Source: an uncultured virus (IMG/VR IMGVR_UViG_2626542208_000008)
Lineage: Duplodnaviria; Heunggongvirae; Uroviricota; Caudoviricetes
IMG/VR virus record: IMGVR_UViG_2626542208_000008
Length of the DNA: 20,000 nucleotides
Direction: 5' to 3' (one strand)
The notes beneath the pieces are model-generated. The model was given only the letters and a program-made list of their open reading frames with translations, ran no database searches and was not told where the DNA came from. Below are positions 17,150 through 20,000 of this stretch, in pieces (the stretch's first letter is position 1; each line of letters begins with the position of its first letter). The translations under genes and the position numbers were made by a program.

Positions 17150-17511
17150 TGTTCAACAACCAGAACGCGCGAGACTGGGATCTATCTTTTGGTCCTGTCT
17201 CTGGGGCCGCGGGAACGACGACCGTGATCACGCGGTCGCCGCAGTGCCTCTTCCGTGTCGAGAAGGTGATGGCGACGGACACCGGGACGCCGCCCGGTTT
17301 CGCGACGCGGATCATGTCGTTTCTGGTCGGCCAAAGGTTGCAACGCCCCACCTCGAGCGGCTCGACGTTGGCGTTGTTCTTCGGACCGGCGGCTTTAGGG
17401 AACGGTCTGCGCTGGGACACGTGCGAACGCGGGCTTTCGATCAGCATCACGGTGAGCTTCGTCGTCGCGGCTACGTTCGACATGGTCGTGTTTGGGAAGG
17501 GAATAGCATAA
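17149..17511 (+). CDS. Paralogue 3: stand-alone beta-rich domain (candidate minor capsid protein)
   Basis: ARDWDLSFGPVSGAAGTTTVIT is identical to paralogue 1. TGATG coupling to paralogue 2. Confidence 0.7.
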   Translation: MFNNQNARDWDLSFGPVSGAAGTTTVITRSPQCLFRVEKVMATDTGTPPGFATRIMSFLVGQRLQRPTSSGSTLALFFGPAALGNGLRWDTCERGLSISITVSFVVAATFDMVVFGKGIA

Positions 17512-17514
17512 CAC

Positions 17515-18234
17515 ATGCTTAGGCATATTCACGTCGAGACTACGATGTTTTCCGGCGCGGATGATACCGAGCAGACGCGCAAAGATCTAATGTGGTTTTT
17601 GGAGGCGCTAACGCAGAGAAATCAGGATTATCTTCGGCAGCGGCCTAATACTCCCCGCCTTTACAAGAGCGGCGTGCGCTATGCGGTGCCGAAGCAGTTC
17701 GATGGAGAATGTGAAGAAGTCTCCGTCCTCAAGCGCGCGCTCGGTAAAGCTGCGCGAGAGCGCGACGTGCGGCGCGTCCTTGAGAAAGTACAAGCCGTTT
17801 TCGGAGGCGAACACTTCTGTGATATCGGAGTGATTCTCGAGCTTGGTGAGATCGACTGTGACGGCCTCGCATGCTTTCGTGCCGCGGAGTTACGGCAGAT
17901 GGGTATCCAGGCGCGACCGTATATGACTTCGCGTGAGCGTCTCGGTGGTGGCACGACCTATCACGCGCTTGTGCTCTGGCCTCCGTTCGGGAATGTCAAC
18001 TATGTTACGAGCGAAGATCCGTCACTGCTTCTCGGCATGGGTGGGTCGGAGCGCGCGGCCGATCGCGCTGAGGAGATCCGCAAGAACAAAGAGCGCTGCG
18101 ATATCATTCGCAAGTACGGTGTGAAACGGAACGTTGCAGCGCAGATGGAAGAGGCACTAGGTCTTCGGGTTTTGAACGGGACGCAGAACAATCTCGTGGC
18201 ATCACTAGATAAGCTCTTTGCGGGGGCGGTGTGA
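17515..18234 (+). CDS. Transglutaminase-like/papain-fold Cys-His-Asp protein (candidate maturation protease)
   Basis: GEIDCDGLACFRAAELRQMGIQAR (catalytic Cys helix), YHALVLW (His) and EDPS (Asp) in transglutaminase-core order. Confidence 0.65.
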   Translation: MLRHIHVETTMFSGADDTEQTRKDLMWFLEALTQRNQDYLRQRPNTPRLYKSGVRYAVPKQFDGECEEVSVLKRALGKAARERDVRRVLEKVQAVFGGEHFCDIGVILELGEIDCDGLACFRAAELRQMGIQARPYMTSRERLGGGTTYHALVLWPPFGNVNYVTSEDPSLLLGMGGSERAADRAEEIRKNKERCDIIRKYGVKRNVAAQMEEALGLRVLNGTQNNLVASLDKLFAGAV

Positions 18235-18839
18235 GCGACAATTACCTCCTCGGGGTCGACGTCCTCGCGGGCGCAGCGATCGATGTCTTTGATGAAGATG
18301 ACATCGAGCAAATCGCTGAGCGTGTAGTCGCTGAGGTCGAGGCTGCCGATCGCGCGTTGCGTCCTTTGGCGACCGAGGAGAAGCGGTTTCTCAAGAGTGA
18401 GTTGCCTGGCGTTTCTGACGAAGAGTGGACCCAGTTCGTGCTGGCGATGAAGACAGCCAACCTTAATGAGGTCAGCGATTCGAACGCTTATGGCATGTTT
18501 GAAATGAAGCCGCGCCGTTTGGTCGATCTCGGCTTGATGAAGAGTGTGAAGCCGGTCAATGCGCGTTCGACCGGACATATGGCTTGGAAGGGCGAATGGA
18601 AGTCGCCGCTTTCGGAGAAGGGTTTTCTTGAAAGTGCGGAGGTACAGTACCGTGCGTTTTCCGAATCGATGAAACGCTATGCGAAAGCATTGGAGAAAAG
18701 ACCAAACGACATGACCTTGAGCGGGGCGTTGGCGGTGCTGCACCGCTGCGGACCGAACGGTCTTGTGATCTGGGGAGATGAAGATAGGCGATTCCCCGAT
18801 ACAGTGGCACTTTTTGACGCCACGAACGGATTGTTTTGA
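18231..18839 (+). CDS. Lysozyme-like/lytic-transglycosylase-like protein
   Basis: NAYGMFEM..RRLVDLG...FLESAEVQYRAF...TLSGALAVLHRCGPNG resembles lysozyme-fold families (GxYQF...FL..P..Q...SG.LA.AH..G). The usual catalytic ES is not evident. GTGA overlap with the upstream gene. Confidence 0.5.
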   Translation: MSDNYLLGVDVLAGAAIDVFDEDDIEQIAERVVAEVEAADRALRPLATEEKRFLKSELPGVSDEEWTQFVLAMKTANLNEVSDSNAYGMFEMKPRRLVDLGLMKSVKPVNARSTGHMAWKGEWKSPLSEKGFLESAEVQYRAFSESMKRYAKALEKRPNDMTLSGALAVLHRCGPNGLVIWGDEDRRFPDTVALFDATNGLF

Positions 18840-19837
18840 TGGACGCTTACGACATCCAGGTCGCATTTGATGACGTATACGGCGGAGGAGATGCGGGGAA
18901 CCTCGCCGAGACCGCGAGTGCGGTGCTGTACGGCGTGCGCAGCCGACGGCTCGCAGTGCCTCGCATGGACGTCGTTGCTTTGGGTGCCGATCAAACCCCT
19001 TGGACGTTCGCGGTGCATGGTGTGGCGGTGTTGGGTGCGGATGTCAAGCCAACCGGTCTGCCGGTGTTCGATGAGCTACACCAGAGATTTACGCTGGCGT
19101 TGCCGGCACCGAAGGCCGTGCGTCTGGATGACGAGAAGAGCTATGCGGAGTTCCGCGAGGGGCGGAGAGAGCCCTATGTCGCAAAGCTCGAGGAGCGTCT
19201 TGCGGCGATAGAAGAGGTCTTCTCCCGCCACGTCGTCCAGGACGATTTGATGGATGAGGCGTTCCAGCAGCACATTTCGGACGGGCACGGCGCCGCGGTG
19301 CTTGGCGTGTTGGATGAAACGCTTTGTGGCGGTGAGCGGATTCGGTTGCCTCTCCGTGATTGTGCGAATGGCAAGATCGAATGCTGGCGCGACGGTGATG
19401 AGCTGCTTTGTACGATTCGTGTGATGACTTCCGATGGTCCGCGAATGGCGACCACAGGTACTTCTGTGGAGCGGCATCTCGAGGAAGTTTTAGGTGCGGC
19501 AGAAGAAGCGACGTTCGAAGACATGTGTATCCTCGGAGTCCCATTGGCACATTTGGTCGGAACTGCGTCATTGATACCGCAGCTTTGTCGTGTGACACCG
19601 GAGCTGCTCGGGAATGAACCACCGTTTGTGGGGATTATGCGTCCGCGCAGCAATCCGACCATGGCGGCCGGGATGGCCTTGCTTCAGCGCTGTCAGCAGG
19701 GAGATCGCGCCGCTTGCGTAGACGCCGCGAAGATGATGAACAGCGGCGGTGAAAAGTTCCTGGGAGAGGCGAGAGATAGACTCTTGTGTGGACAGAGGGA
19801 AAAGGCTGCGCGGAAGATGAATAGGAGAACAGCATGA
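18839..19837 (+). CDS. Hypothetical protein (probable virion module)
   Basis: 332-aa ORF, TGATG-coupled upstream and ATGA-coupled downstream. Confidence 0.7.
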   Translation: MDAYDIQVAFDDVYGGGDAGNLAETASAVLYGVRSRRLAVPRMDVVALGADQTPWTFAVHGVAVLGADVKPTGLPVFDELHQRFTLALPAPKAVRLDDEKSYAEFREGRREPYVAKLEERLAAIEEVFSRHVVQDDLMDEAFQQHISDGHGAAVLGVLDETLCGGERIRLPLRDCANGKIECWRDGDELLCTIRVMTSDGPRMATTGTSVERHLEEVLGAAEEATFEDMCILGVPLAHLVGTASLIPQLCRVTPELLGNEPPFVGIMRPRSNPTMAAGMALLQRCQQGDRAACVDAAKMMNSGGEKFLGEARDRLLCGQREKAARKMNRRTA

Positions 19838-20000
19838 ACGGCGTACGCACTGCAAGTGAGAAGCAAAAGCTCATGAAGGATATTGCCTTCTGGGCGCGTG
19901 CGCGCGGTAGGCAGGCTCCCACTTCGAAGGAAGGATGGAAGGTTCTCATCGCAGAATATTTCTCTCAACGAGTCGCACAGGAGGTTGTGCCGTACGAGAC
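19834..20000 (+). CDS. Hypothetical protein, truncated at window edge
   Basis: SD AGGAG, ATGA overlap, and MNGVRTASEKQKLMKDIAFWARARG... open to the end of the window. Confidence 0.6.
   Translation, partial: MNGVRTASEKQKLMKDIAFWARARGRQAPTSKEGWKVLIAEYFSQRVAQEVVPYE

Noticed and set aside
13730..17511. Diversity-generating retroelement template/variable repeats among the paralogues
   Set aside because: Differences are largely synonymous and not adenine-specific, and there is no reverse transcriptase in the window.

Overview
This 20 kb window looks like part of a prokaryotic virus or provirus genome, mostly GC-rich with AT-richer patches. No tailed-phage hallmark gene (terminase, portal, tail), integrase or packaging ATPase is visible here. 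Left, on the minus strand, is a replication/recombination operon: primase-polymerase fused to a VapE/D5-type helicase, a small ribbon-helix-helix (RHH) regulator, a Cas4-like nuclease and an SF2 helicase running off the edge. Next is an AT-rich repeat-containing non-coding region (candidate origin), then host-like accessory genes: RRM RNA-binding protein, Fis-type HTH with a membrane helix, short RadA/Sms, protamine-like basic protein, YkgJ-type Cys-cluster protein, 2OG-Fe(II) oxygenase and a DUF2059-like protein. Right, on the plus strand, is a probable virion module: a membrane protein, three paralogous ~115-aa beta-rich domains (candidate single jelly-roll capsid proteins), a transglutaminase-like Cys-His-Asp protein and a lysozyme-like protein. 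An antisense LAGLIDADG endonuclease plus DNA methyltransferase cassette interrupts this module. My best hypothesis, by inference only, is a tailless, possibly membrane-containing virus with three capsid paralogues, a maturation protease and a DNA-condensing core protein. All family calls come from reading motifs by eye; no searches were run.
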